Source: Octopus sinensis (Eukaryota). From it: a stretch of DNA of 64,000 nucleotides. The position numbers and the translations under genes were made by a program. The stretch covers positions 113,212,001 through 113,276,000 of the forward strand of contig NC_043003.1 of the NCBI RefSeq assembly GCF_006345805.1, read 5' to 3'. This document shows positions 25,075 through 37,189 of the stretch, one piece after another. Positions within the stretch are counted from its first letter, which is position 1. Every line of letters starts with the position of its first letter. Below the pieces are notes generated by a model. The model had not been told where the DNA came from. It saw only the letters and a program-made list of their open reading frames with translations, and did no database searches.

Positions 25075-25324
25075 ATATTGATTGTACCTGACACTCGGGT
25101 AATTTACAACGAGATATATTTCTCTAACGATGTTAAACAAAGTAGAAACTTTAAAATAAAATTAATCATCAGATTCTTTCAAGCAAGCTCCAGTTAAAAC
25201 GCAGAAATAAAAACATTGGAGTAAAAAAATTTATCTCGATATATTCTACAAGCAACACAACTTCATTGTGGAAGTACCATTTTTGGTATTTAGATTTAAA
25301 AATTCATTTCCTAATTCTTCTTTA

Positions 25325-25731
25325 GGATCTTTTCAGTTGGAACGGCAGTTTTTAACGTAATTTCTAGGTAACTAAAAAACTTTAAACTTCGTATACTGGT
25401 AGAATGTGTTTATAAAACATCTTTTTCTCTTGGCTTTATTGAGAAAATTCTATAGTTTGTAAGATATTTGTTGTTTTTTCTTAAATTTCTGCAATTTCAA
25501 CCAATCAAATACGTCTATTGAGGTAAAAACACATTCTGTGCCGTATGAATATGTCCCTCGTTTAAGAAACAGATTGGGTTTATTTACATTTGTGAAGAAA
25601 AAAATATACCTTTCCCCCACCCCTAACCCTAAAAGAGATTGAAATGCAATAGATCGATACTAAGGTCATAATTATGAGTGGCAATTTCATGACGCCGCTA
25701 GAAAAAACTGCCGTTCAAACCGAAAAGATCC
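25325..25731 (+). mobile_element. GGATC-TIR MITE, copy 2, with 8-bp TSD
   Basis: TIRs at both ends; TSD CTTCTTTA at 25317-25324 and 25732-25739. Confidence 0.92.
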
Positions 25732-25884
25732 CTTCTTTACCCTCACAGATTCCAGTCACGTTGCAATAACTTGTATTCATACATACATACATACATATGT
25801 AAATGTATCTGTGTCTGTATATATATATACATATATCTCGTGATCACGTTGATGACGATTGAACTGGCAGCTAAGTATTGGTTT

Positions 25885-26070
25885 CAAACTTTGGTACAAG
25901 GTCAGCAATTTCAGGGAAAGGGAAAAGTCAACTGGTACTTGTTTTATCGACCTCGAGTGTATGAAAGGTAAAGTCAACGTCGTTGGAATTTGAACTCAGA
26001 ACACCAAGACGGATGAACTGCCGCTAAGCATTTTGTCCGGCCTGCTAACGCTTCTGCAAGCTCACCGCTT
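25885..26070 (-). mobile_element. SINE family A, older degenerate copy
   Basis: Reverse complement of the core and head (GGAATTTGAACTCAGAA...CCGCTAAGCATTT). Confidence 0.75.
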
Positions 26071-26567
26071 TGTGACAGCTAAATATTAGCAACAAAACTG
26101 TTGCCTTAATTAGTAACGTACTCGACTCTTGCCGATTGTGTGAGCAACTGTTCAGCAATGAAAAGAATTCCGAATTTGAAATGGAAACGAAGTTTTTAAC
26201 TTAGATTATTGACAATGTTATAGATTTGTAGCTGACATGAAAGGTCAGGGAAGATTGGGAGCTTTAACATGTGGAGAAAGTTCAAAGGAACTTTTTTTTT
26301 TCCATCTTAAATTATTCTGTGTGTGTTAGCTTGCGTTGAATGTATTCGAGAAAATAGTTTACGAATAAATCATTGTTCTCTATCTCTTCAATCATAACTG
26401 ATAGACATAAATAGCTTCCATTTATGCCATTATTGAATCCTGGTTACACATTTGCAACAGGATCAACTTTTCAATTCAGAAACCTGGTACGGGCATAGCA
26501 CGGAAATGTACACGGAAGCATTCACATGCAAATACATACGTACACACTCATACTGAAGTATAGTTGG

Positions 26568-26602
<35 letters not shown>

Positions 26603-26975
26603 GAGAGAGAGAGAGATTATATATGTGTGTGTGTGTGTGCATGTGTGTTCGCGTGTGTACGTGCGTGTGTGTGTGTGTATGTGAAATTGTGTTTATGCGT
26701 ACATATGTTTATGAATATATATATATATGTATGTGTTTAGATAGATGAATAGATTCATAGATATAGATATATATATAAGCATACATATACATATATTATG
26801 GAGTAACCGCACCAATAATTTATGAATGAAGATAACTGCTAAGAATGCATTATATATGCAAATTTCTAAGCAAATGATTGTAACACCCAATTCCTCCACC
26901 TCAACCACCACAGCTGTTTCAAGGAATGGCGTGCCATTTCACAGAACGCAACAACTCAAGAACTGCAGTGTCCAT

Positions 26976-27016
<41 letters not shown>

Positions 27017-27316
27017 CGATGGAGGTTGTTCATCATTTTTTCAGTCTGCAGAGAAATGGCTAAAGTTTGCCCTGTTTACAATTATGCCACATGTTACATA
27101 AAGGTATGGATAGTAATAGACAGTACTTCATCCATTGGGAGGTATATATCATCAAATGTGTGTATATATGTATGTATAGTCATGGATGTGATCTTCGTGA
27201 TGTATATGTGAGTATGGGTGTGAATAAATGCATATATAACAAAATATGCTTTTATATGAATACACAAACGCAAGTATATGTACGTGTGTATATGTATACA
27301 TATATATTTGTATGAA

Positions 27317-27359
<43 letters not shown>

Positions 27360-27555
27360 TATATATATACAAATTAGTAAATAAATGGCACAACTAAGTA
27401 CCGATATTTACTGGAATAGCGAACGTAAAAATACGACGCTAAAGTGTAGCTTCACCGCGTATGTATTAGTAAAAATGCGTGTGTGCAACAAAATAGAGAA
27501 AAAAAACCGTCTTACCTCCAGGGAGAACATCTAAAAGATGAAACACCCGGAAAAT

Positions 27556-27637
27556 GGATAATGTGGTACTGCAGGTTTCAGGTTTTGCAAGATATGTCTC
27601 TCACCATATTTGCTTTACCTTCTTCAGCCAATATACC
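27556..27637 (-). ncRNA. Type I hammerhead ribozyme, copy 1 (small deletions)
   Basis: Reverse complement of the 28245 motif; one G missing from the stem III palindrome and small deletions in stem I and the stem II loop. Confidence 0.75.
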
Positions 27638-27980
27638 AAGACGAAACTACGATGTTACCACATGAATACTAACACACTCGACTGAAATACGGAACGCTAA
27701 CAGTACGAGAAACGGTGAAGAAGTTTCAAAATATCAGTAATGCAATACAAAGTATTGTCTTCCAGTAAAAAGTAGCCCGTGAGGGAAAAAACACAAATTA
27801 GTAAATAAATGGCACAACTAAGTACCGATATTTACTGGAAATAGCGAACGTAAAAATACGACGCTAAAGTGTAGCTTCACCGCGTATGTATTAGTAAAAA
27901 TGCGTGTGTGCAACAAAATAGAGAAAAAAAACTGTCTTACCTCCAGGGAGAACATCTAAAAGATGAAACACCCGGAAAAT

Positions 27981-28067
27981 GGATAATGTGGTACCTGCAG
28001 GTTTCAGGTTTTGCAAGATATGTCTCTCACCCATATTTGCTTTACCTTCTTCAGCCAAACATATACC
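27981..28067 (-). ncRNA. Type I hammerhead ribozyme, copy 2
   Basis: Minus strand: GGTATATGTTTGG-CTGAAGA-stem II-GAAA-CCTGCAGG-TA-CCACATTATCC; predicted cut between 27992 and 27991. Confidence 0.88.
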
Positions 28068-28244
28068 AAGACGAAAGTACTAATTTGTGTATTTTTCCCT
28101 CACGGGCTACTTTTTACTGGAAGACAATACTTTGTATTGCATTACTGATATTTTGAAACTTCTTCACCGTTTCTCGTACTGTTAGCGTTCCGTATTTCAG
28201 TCGAGTGTGTTAGTATTCATGTGGTAACATCGTAGTTTCGTCTT

Positions 28245-28330
28245 GGTATATGTTTGGCTGAAGAAGGTAAAGCAAATATGGGTGAGAGACATATCTTGCA
28301 AAACCTGAAACCTGCAGGTACCACATATCC
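28245..28330 (+). ncRNA. Type I hammerhead ribozyme, copy 3
   Basis: Core CTGAAGA 28258-28264; stem II AGGT/ACCT + GCAA/TTGC + ATATG/CATAT; GAAA 28307-28310; palindromic stem III CCTGCAGG; GUA cleavage triplet, cut after 28320; stem I TGG/CCA + ATATG/CATAT + GG/CC. Confidence 0.9.
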
Positions 28331-28568
28331 ATTTTCCGGGTGTTTCATCTTCTCCCTGGAGGTAAGACGGTTTTTTTTTCTCTATTTTGTTGCACACACG
28401 CATTTTTACTAATACATACGCGGTGAAGCTACACTTTAGCGTCGTATTTTTACGTTCGCTATTTCCAGTAAATATCGGTACTTAGTTGTGCCATTTATTT
28501 ACTAATTTGTGTATTTTCCCTCACGGGCTACTTTTTACTGGAAGACAATACTTTGTATTGCATTACTG

Positions 28569-28608
<40 letters not shown>

Positions 28609-29099
28609 TATAAATATAGTTGAATACATATCCATATGCAAATACACATAAATGTACACACATACACACACATGCATTGTTATTTTCTATACTCTTATCT
28701 GATTTTCTGTATTTCTCTTTTCTCCACCCTCCATCTTACCTTTCTCTCACCCAACACGCGCTCTCTTATCATAACGTTTACATTGAAAAATAATTGCCTG
28801 ACGAAAGAAAATGAAATTGATGAAGAGTAAACAGCTGTAAAAGTCAATAAACTTACATTTTCAGCAAGTCATGTGACTTAATCAATAAAAGTGTAGAATA
28901 TAATGTCGGAATCGACTTAAAATTAATTGAAACCAAACTCAACAGTGATGGATAGATTGCCTGATATTTTATACCTATGTCTATGGGATTGACCTTTTCA
29001 TCCCATTTTGTAGGGTCTCTGTCCCCTTTAAATTTTACAACTTAGATAAACGTTGCACTCCATTCTTCTTATTTTGGCTTGGCTCAGGTTTGATCTTAT

Positions 29100-30075
29100 T
29101 CCTCATAGGATTTATGTGGGTAGCCGATTACTACCTATAACTTTAGGTATCCACAAGTCTTCAGCAGACTTTCAAGGGCTTAGAACTCTCCTGATAATCC
29201 TTGCTGTCACTTCGAGGCAAACTTCTTGTAGGAGCTCTACCAGGCATTCTATTCCAATCTCCTTCAACCATTTGTCGACATTTTGGCTTACTCTTCCCAA
29301 TGAACCAATTATTATAGGCGCCGCCTTTACTGTTCTTATGCTCCATATTCATCCTTTTTAAATTTCAAGGGATTATATTTTTTGTTTTTCCTACCCCTTT
29401 CTTCACAATCCGGTATCAAATGGGACATGATGGATCGATAAGTAACATCGCTTTTCCTCATCTATAATTCTTACGTCTAGTCTATTCTTTTCTAATTCTT
29501 GTCCGTTTGAATAGGAAAGTCCCACAAAATCTTGCATTTCTCCAACTCAAGTACTCTTTCGACTCGATGATAGTACCATGAGTTTCCAGCTTCAAAATCT
29601 CATTTCTAGCAAACGTCTCCGGTGTAAAGCTGTTACAAACTGGTCGTTCCTCCATTTCTTATAATCTTCCTGTGCCAACTTAGGGCATTCTGTCACAGTG
29701 TGTGCCACTGTCTCATTCCAAGTACCACAGGCTCTAAATTGTTCTGACTCATTCTCTCCAAATATACTTTTTCTCAAGTTGTTTGTTTTTATCGCTTGAT
29801 CTTGGGCGGCTACAATTAAGCCCTCCGTTTCTTTTTTTAATTTCCCCCTTTTTTAATAAGCCCAGGATCTTATTCCACATACGTCATCAGAGGCTCTCCA
29901 AAATTGGTAATGCAGAGGTTTCACGATCTGTCTGACGTGCTCTCTTTCTATTTCATTGTCGTCCTTTTCTCCGATTACGCGCTTCATCACCTGTTCTTTA
30001 TTAACCCCATGACAGCGTTTTTCTTTATCAAGCAACGAGGTTGCATTGACGGTAATCATGTCTATTGAGATCAGC
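29100..30075 (-). mobile_element. R4/Dong-like LINE fragment (CCHC and RLE region), decayed
   Basis: Minus strand KGELKKETEGLIVAAQDQAIKTN..FRACG..ETVAHTVTECPKLAQEDYK and APIIIGSLG..ELLQEVCLEVTARIIRRVL. Confidence 0.85.
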
Positions 30076-30124
30076 AATTATCTCACGACAATGATTCGGC
30101 ATATATTTACATCAGCCGCTTTAA

Positions 30125-31560
30125 CCAGTTAACGGCGATGATTCATTCGGTTGCCTGTGCGCAGCAACGGTCATTGCACCGATTGAGGTCAGCTCTCAGT
30201 GCGAGATAACGTTCGGCGTATTTTTACGCCAACCGCTTTTGTGCAAGTATTGTTTATTTACCTGAAGTATATCCCTGTGCAGGTCACTCATGCAATATTA
30301 TTCCTGAACAAGATCACTCGACAGCACAAGTCAGATCAACTTCATGTATTTACAATCACATGAATTCAGAAATTAACTTTAGTGTGATAGAGTTCAAAAC
30401 AGGGCCCCACGAACAGTGGCATATCACATTGTAAACATTGGTATCTACATTCCTTACGTTTCCTTTTTGCTTTACATACTGTGCATCTCTTTGAAGCATT
30501 TGTTTTCTTGGCGGTGGTGGTGGTGGTGGTGGTGGGGGAACAGTCGTGCAAAATGTCTACATCCCTTCACTATGCAGTGAAGAGTGAGTCCGGCGTTGGG
30601 ACATCCACGCGTTCTGTACTGTGGCAGGTCTGATGCTTCTACCATTTCACGGAACAATAGATTCCTGAAAGTCAATCCATACCCCAAACCGCCAAACATC
30701 TATCAAATCAAGCGGGTGTTTACGACACACATGTTAACTATACACAAGAAAATTGTTTTCTACCATTTCACAAGTTTTCTCAACGATATATGTGTCATCG
30801 CTAGCTGATCTGAGCGATCGACCCCGCCCATCCCTTCCTTGTATGAAACAACTCTCGGTTTCATTACGGTATTACCGTGCGCATCTTATTTCCAAGCGTC
30901 CTTCATACTTGCAGAATGCATTGTGGATAACATGCAGACGTTTTTCCTTGTCACGCCACTCTAGAGCGAGAATGCCACTATCGGTGCATCGGTACACTGT
31001 TTCCCTCTTTCGAAGTTTTTATCTTGTGAAGATCGGATGGCATGTTTTTTCCTGTGCGTCCTCACAGTACCTGCAGCTGCATGAAGAGGTCTGGACTAGA
31101 AAACCAATCGTCCATATAAATATTGTAGCCTTTGTCAAACAAGTTTTCATTCGGCGACACCACGACATCAGTTGACAATAAAGTAGACGCTGGAAGATCC
31201 AATCTGTCCTAACCAGTGTAGATTTTGTAATTTCAAGTGTACCCACAGGCTCTGCCAGTTGACTGGCATTCTTTATAAATCTTGACTGCAAAGCGAGTAC
31301 GTTTGGTGGGGTTGGGTTGTTTGAATCGGAACCTTCCCTTAAATTTCCACGAACTCTCGTCTGTACAAACGTCCTATGAGGGGACATACACCGTTCTGAA
31401 ATTTTCAGCCACTTCGTCAACGATAGAGTGTATTTTGTGGAGCCTGTCATCCTGGTTCTCGCCGGAGTTGAAATGTAGATTTCGAAGAAGCGCCAGTTGC
31501 AGGAAAAAGCATCGGGTGTAACTGTTGATCCAAACAGATCGAGAAGTACAGAGTCCAACC
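30125..31560 (-). mobile_element. piggyBac transposase remnant (PGBD-like), multiple stops and frameshifts
   Basis: Minus-strand motifs DESSWKFKGRFRFKQ..KRTRFAVKIYK, GYNIYMDDWFSSPDLF, GMGGVDRSDQL and C-terminal CTVC..RYQCLQCDMPLFVGPCFELYH; TTAA at 30121-30124 marks the likely 3' end. Confidence 0.88.
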
Positions 31561-32167
31561 CTGACCTGATTAATCTGTCAGACGGCACAAAAGCATGTGT
31601 GTAACCGTTTAAGGCTGAAGGCGGGTGTGTTAGTTTCGTGGTGAGACAAGCATCATAAGGGTTTCTGTCCACAGCAAAGAAGGGATAGAAGGTCACTATT
31701 TCTGCGGACAACATCATCACTTCAGCAACACGACCACTAGCAAAAGTGAAAGCAGCACTACCAGCAGGATGCAGTCCCAATAGCAATGAAAACATGAAAG
31801 GTAGTGACTGGGAAAGCAACTGTCGCAGAAACAGCAGCAAGAATAGAACCAGCAGCAACAGTAACGGCACCCCCAGATAAAAGACTTGAAGTAGCTTCTA
31901 TATCAACTGGGCCAGCAAAAATTATACTGCCATCAACGACCACCTCATCAGAAAGGACAGCTAAGGCAACTGCAAAAGAATCCGATAACAACATCAGTTA
32001 TATCAAGGGAGCAATTCTGTAGATCTTTTAAGACATGCTTCTTCCCAAATCACATCACAGATGTGCTCTAGGTCTAGGTGATGGTGAGGTCCCTAAATAG
32101 CAAACAGTAAGAAATGGTTTAGAAAATAAAGAAATAACGAAACAAAAATAATCCAAAAGAATGTGAG

Positions 32168-32568
32168 AGGTACAGGAGTGGCTGTGTGGTAAGTAGCTTG
32201 TTTACCAACCACATGGCTCCAGGTTCAGTTCCACTGCGTGGCACCTTGGGCAACTGTTTTCTACTATAGCCTCGGGCCGACCAAAGCCTTGTGAGTGGAT
32301 TTGGTAGACGGAAACTGAAAGAAGCCCGTCGTATATATGTATATATATATATATATGTGCGTGTGTGTGTTTGTGTGTCTGTGTTTGTCCCCCTAGCATT
32401 GCTTGACAACCGATGCTGGTGTGTTTATGTCCCCGTTACTTAGCGGTTCGGCATAAGATACCGATAGAATAAGTACTGGGCTTACAAAAGAATAAGTCCC
32501 GGGGTCGAGTTGCTCGATCAAAGGCGGTGCTCCAGCATAGCCGCAGTCAAATGACTGAAACAAGTAAA
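32168..32568 (+). mobile_element. tRNA-derived SINE family C, full length with internal (TA)/(TG) microsatellite
   Basis: Head GGAGTGGCTGTGTGGTAAG, B box GGTTCAGTTCC, tail (GTAAAA)-like; tail interrupted by a family D SINE. Confidence 0.9.
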
Positions 32569-32908
32569 GGGTAAAGACCCCCTTCGGTCATGAATGACCA
32601 TGGGATTGCACCTAGAAAGTTACCCTCCTAGACACAAGTCCGGGCAAGGTTGTTTATGGAAGACCAGCAGTCGCCCATGCATACCAGCCTCCCCTCTCCA
32701 CACCACCAGTGTTATCCAAGGGAAAGACAAAGGTCGATACAGCTTGGCACCAGTGACGTCGCAACTCATTTCTACAGCTGAGTGAACTGGAGCAACGTGA
32801 AATAAAGTGCCTTGCTCAAGAACGCAACACGCAGCCCAGTCCGGGATTCGAGCTCACAACCTCACGATCGTAAGCTCGACGCTCTAACCACTGAGCCATG
32901 CGCCTTCA
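32569..32908 (-). mobile_element. tRNA-derived SINE family D (CORE-like) nested in the tail of a family C SINE
   Basis: Minus head GTGAAGGCGCATGGCTCAGTGGTTAGAGC, CORE-like CTTGAGCAAGGCACTT..CAGTTCACTCAGCTG; 8-bp TSD CAAGTAAA at 32561-32568 and 32909-32916. Confidence 0.85.
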
Positions 32909-33139
32909 CAAGTAAAAGAGTAAAAAAAGAGAGAGAGTACGAACACGTGGGGGAAGAGCCTTCAAGAGACGATTCATCATTATCACCCTCAACGGAATCT
33001 ACACCAGTTTTATGAACATCATTATGCTCATTACCGTCACTACAACCGTATATCACAGACACAACTCTCACAAGCACAATGAAATACAACACACTCTAAC
33101 AGTCAGAACACATTCCTCGAACACGAAGTAAAAGAGAAA

Positions 33140-33420
33140 TTCATCAATTATACAACCATAAACACAAACAATAAAGACTAACTTGGTCACATATACCAAT
33201 ATACAAGCATTAAACACGTTACACCAGGAACGGGATTCCGCCAAATATGGAAGTCATTCAAATAACGCAACTCGACACCATGTCACACAGGACGTTGGTA
33301 TCCAGCAATATCGTACCTCGCTGGATGAATGCACCGGTTAAATTCCTCTGCTACAGAACTGTAGGCGGAGAAGAAATGGGACGCGGTGACGAGCAAGAGA
33401 TCTTATCTCGTCCAAGTTTA
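33140..33420 (+). repeat. Unclassified dispersed repeat, homologous to ~61470-61720
   Basis: Shared TAAACACAAACAATAAAGA..CATATACCAA.ATAC segment and a similar CTGCTA..GAA..ATGGG(G)ACG end. Confidence 0.5.
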
Positions 33421-33471
33421 GGTCTTCTTTCTTTCTTCCTTTCTTTTTTCTTTCTTTCTTTCTTTACTCTT

Positions 33472-33719
33472 TTTACTCTTTACTCTTTTACTTGTTTCAG
33501 TCATTTGATTGCGGCCATGCTGGAGCACCGCCTTTAATCGAGCAACTCGACCCCGGGACTTATTCTTTTGTAAGCCCAGTACTTATTCTATCGGTCTCTT
33601 TGCCGAACCGCTAAGTAACGGGAACATAAACACACCAGCATCGGTTGTCAAGCAATGCTATGGGGACAAACAGACACACAAACACACACACACGCACACA
33701 CACACACACACACACACAC

Positions 33720-33751
<32 letters not shown>

Positions 33752-33924
33752 CATATATACGACGGGCTTCTTTCAGTTTCCGCCTACCAAATCCACTCAC
33801 AAGGCTTTGGTCGGCCCGAGGCTATAGTAGAATACACTTGCCCAAGATGCCACGCAGTGGGACTGAACCCAGAACCATGTGGTTGGTAAACAAGCTACTT
33901 ACCACACAGCCACTCATGCGCCTA
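33472..33924 (-). mobile_element. SINE family C, full length
   Basis: Reverse complement of the 32168 copy with a longer internal (CA)/(TA) tract. Confidence 0.9.
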
Positions 33925-34299
33925 TCTTCATTTCTTCTTTCTTTCTTTCTATTTTTACCTTTCTTTCTTACAATCATTGCAGTTGATTGCAATAACGCGG
34001 AAAGTTACAAGTTTAATTTCGATGTTATGGCGGGTAACAAAGTTAGAGAAGAGGTAGAGGGCGCAACTGCAGTGTTTTTATAGATTTATGTCACGTGATG
34101 TCTGAATGAAACCCCACCTCCCTCCAAATTACCTTCCACCTTCATTTTCCCCTGATATTTAATCAAATAATTGCCAGTTAAGTGCTGCGGCCATTATATT
34201 CCCCATGCGTACCCGATCGTAAGACATTTGTCCTTCAAACTATATCAGAAATTCGTGGTATCTGTCTGCTACAGTAATAACAGCAGCTTCATTATTCGC

Positions 34300-34562
34300 G
34301 TATGTATGTATGCGAGCATGCATTTATGTATGTATGTGTGAATGTTCGTATGCATGTATGTATGTATGTGTGTATGTATGTATATATATGTATGCGTATA
34401 TATATATATACATATATGTATGTATATATATATATATATATATGTATATACGTATATATGTATGTATATATATGTATATATGTATGTATGTATGTATATA
34501 TGTATGTATGTATGTATATATGTATATATGTATGTATATATGTATATATGTACGTATGTATG

Positions 34563-34596
<34 letters not shown>

Positions 34597-34650
34597 TGTA
34601 TGTATATGTATGTATATATATATACTTATGTATGAATCCATACACGTATG
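34300..34650. repeat. (TATG)/(TA) microsatellite
   Basis: Direct repeats. Confidence 0.95.
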
Positions 34651-35329
34651 TGTGTGTTCGTGATTTGCATGTAAGCATGTGTTTGTCCTTTTTTCCTTCT
34701 TTTCCTCCGATTCTTCGTTTTCCTGTATATTTTTATTCAAGTTTTCTTGGCAAAACAACTAAAATAGCTGCTATTTTTGTTGTTGTTGCTTTTTGGTTTC
34801 TCTTTCAACAAATTCTCCAACATTCTCCGGCACCTGAGCAATTTCGTTTGCATTAAACGTGTTGCTATAATGGAATGGAAAAATCATTATTTGAATGATA
34901 GAGAAGAAGAGATGTGAGAAAGAAGGGCGGGAGGGGGCGTAACAGAAGCGAGAAAGGAAGAGGAGCAGGAGGAGGAGAATAAGAATATGGTGATCATGAT
35001 CATGTTGACGACCACGACGAAGACGACGACGACGACGACGATGAGACGATGATGACGATGACGACGACGACAACGGCAACGAAAAGCGAAGAAGAAGAAG
35101 AAGAAGAAGAAGAAGAAGAAGAAACGGGATGGAGATAAGAGGAGAGGGGCAAGGAGGGAATGGGTGAAGTAGTGAAAATCCGCAGAAAGCAGGTGGTTAA
35201 CAAATGATTTTTATCTGAGTAAAAAGGAAGAACTTTTGATATCAAATTAGTGTAGACTAATAATAATAAGAACAACAACAACTACTACTACTACTACTAC
35301 TACTACTACAGCTCCTGCAACTGCTGCCC

Positions 35330-37185
35330 TCGGAGGGGAAAATATACAGGTTCTTTGCGGAAAACAATCTGCTGCCAGTAGAGCAAAAGGTATGCCGAAA
35401 AGGATCCGGGGGCACCAAGGACCCCCTCTTGATAGACAGGCATACTGTAAACGGTACCACTAAAAGATGTGCATGTCCTGGAACGACTTCAAAAAGTCTT
35501 ACGATTTGTCGCGTTCGTGGGTTTTGGAAACACCCGACATGTGTGGAATAGCTGTAAACGTGTGTGCACTGATTAAGAGCAGCATGTCTAGTTGGAAAAC
35601 CCGTCTCTCCTGTAACAGCCAGCACTTAGCCGAGGTAGCAATCAGAAGAGGTATCTTCCAAGGAGACTCTTGTTCACCTCTGCTATTTGTTATAGCCTTG
35701 ATCCCATTTTCTAGTGTCCTATGTAAAACCAACGTGCAATATGAACTGAGAAAGAATGGACCTTGTCTCAACCACCTTCTCTTCATGGATGATTTAAAAC
35801 TGTTTGTAAAAACAGATTCTGAAATGGAGAGGCTGGTTGAGACTATGGAAATGTGCATCAAGGATATAGGGATGGAATTCAGTATCTCGAAGTGTGCAGT
35901 GCTTACTTTGAAGCGGGGGAAAACAGTAAATTTTAGGGGCACAGCATTGCTAAAAGGAGAGAGAATGGAAGACCCAGATGGTGATGGGTACAAGTCCAGT
36001 GGGATCCTGGAGCTGGACAATATCTTTCACAAAGAAATGAAAGACAAGATCACCACTGCATATTTCAAAGGCCTCAAACGTCCCTTGATATCAAAGCTCA
36101 ACTCAAGGGACCTTGTGACTGCCATTGATATATGGACTGTTGTAGTCTACTATAGTGCACCCATTTTGAGATGGACACAAGCGGAGATTGACAAAATCGA
36201 TCGCACTACCCGAATGACAATAACGATGGAGCCCTCCACCGTAAGGTAAATGTACACAGGCTCTATATGAAGAGAGGTAAGGGTGGACGTGAGCTGATTA
36301 GCGTACGGGAATGCATCAACAGTGTAAGAAGAAACATGGCAGAATGTTTGGTAAACAGCAAAGAAGACCTGCTACAGTCTGCTGCTAATGCAAAAGGATT
36401 TAACAAAAATGGACTTGAGAGTGCTCATAAATTCCGAACAAGACCAGTCAACGAGAAAGAAGAAACCCTACTCCGTATGGAATTACATGGTCAGTTCCAC
36501 CGTGAAACCAACAAATTAAAAGACCAGGAAGCATCATGGAGGTGGCTCAACAAGGGTGACCTAAAACAGAATACTGAAAGCCTAATCAACCAGGACCAGG
36601 CATTGAATACCAACTCAGTGATAAAGAATATATGCCACACAGGTGCAACAGACCTCTGCAGAGAGTGTGTTAAGAGGGTCGAAAATGTGACTCACATTCT
36701 TAGTGCTTTTGAAAGTCTTTCGCAGAAAGAGTACAAGCGTAGACACGACAAGGTAACCCAAAACATTCACTGGCTACTATGCCGTATGTATGGATGTGAG
36801 GTTACGGGTGCTTGGTGCCAACATACACTGGAAAAGGTAATGGACGAATGGGGACGGCAAAAGTCGTCTGGGACTTTGATTTCCAGACAGACAAAGTCTT
36901 AGAGCACTGAAGGTCTGATATAGTAACCTTTAGGAGGGACAAACATGGGTGCCTAATGATTAACGTGGCAATGCCACGAGATCAACCCATCATCAGGAAA
37001 GAAAGAGAAAAAGATGGTAAATATGAAGTCCTGAGAATTGAGATGACTAAGATGTGGCAGCTACGAGAGTCACACATGGAGGTTATCCCTATTGTTATCG
37101 GAGCATTGGGATCAATATTAGCCAATCTAAAAAAAAATATGAAAATCTTAGAAGTACCCTACAATCTAGTTATCCTTAAAAATGA
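35330..37185 (+). mobile_element. R4/Dong-like LINE, 5'-truncated (RT, CCHC and RLE), decayed
   Basis: RT motifs RRGIFQGDSCSPLLFVIALIP and NHLLFMDDLKLF; LHGQFHRE; CREC..ENVTHILS..YKRRHDKV..IHWLLC; RLE WDFDFQTDK..VIPIVIGALG. Confidence 0.93.
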
Positions 37186-37189
37186 TAAT

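Larger units (their letters stand above)
27369..28570. mobile_element. Hammerhead-bearing ~424-bp tandem repeat with an inverted block (retrozyme / Penelope pseudo-LTR-like)
   Basis: Units start at 27369 and 27793 (partial, to 28076); reverse-complement units run 28078-28499 and 28500-28570; flanked on both sides by (TA)n; three hammerhead folds inside. Confidence 0.85.

Noticed and set aside
31019-31870. 283-aa minus-strand ORF
   Set aside because: Mostly off-frame relative to the piggyBac motifs, plus unrelated upstream sequence; not an intact transposase
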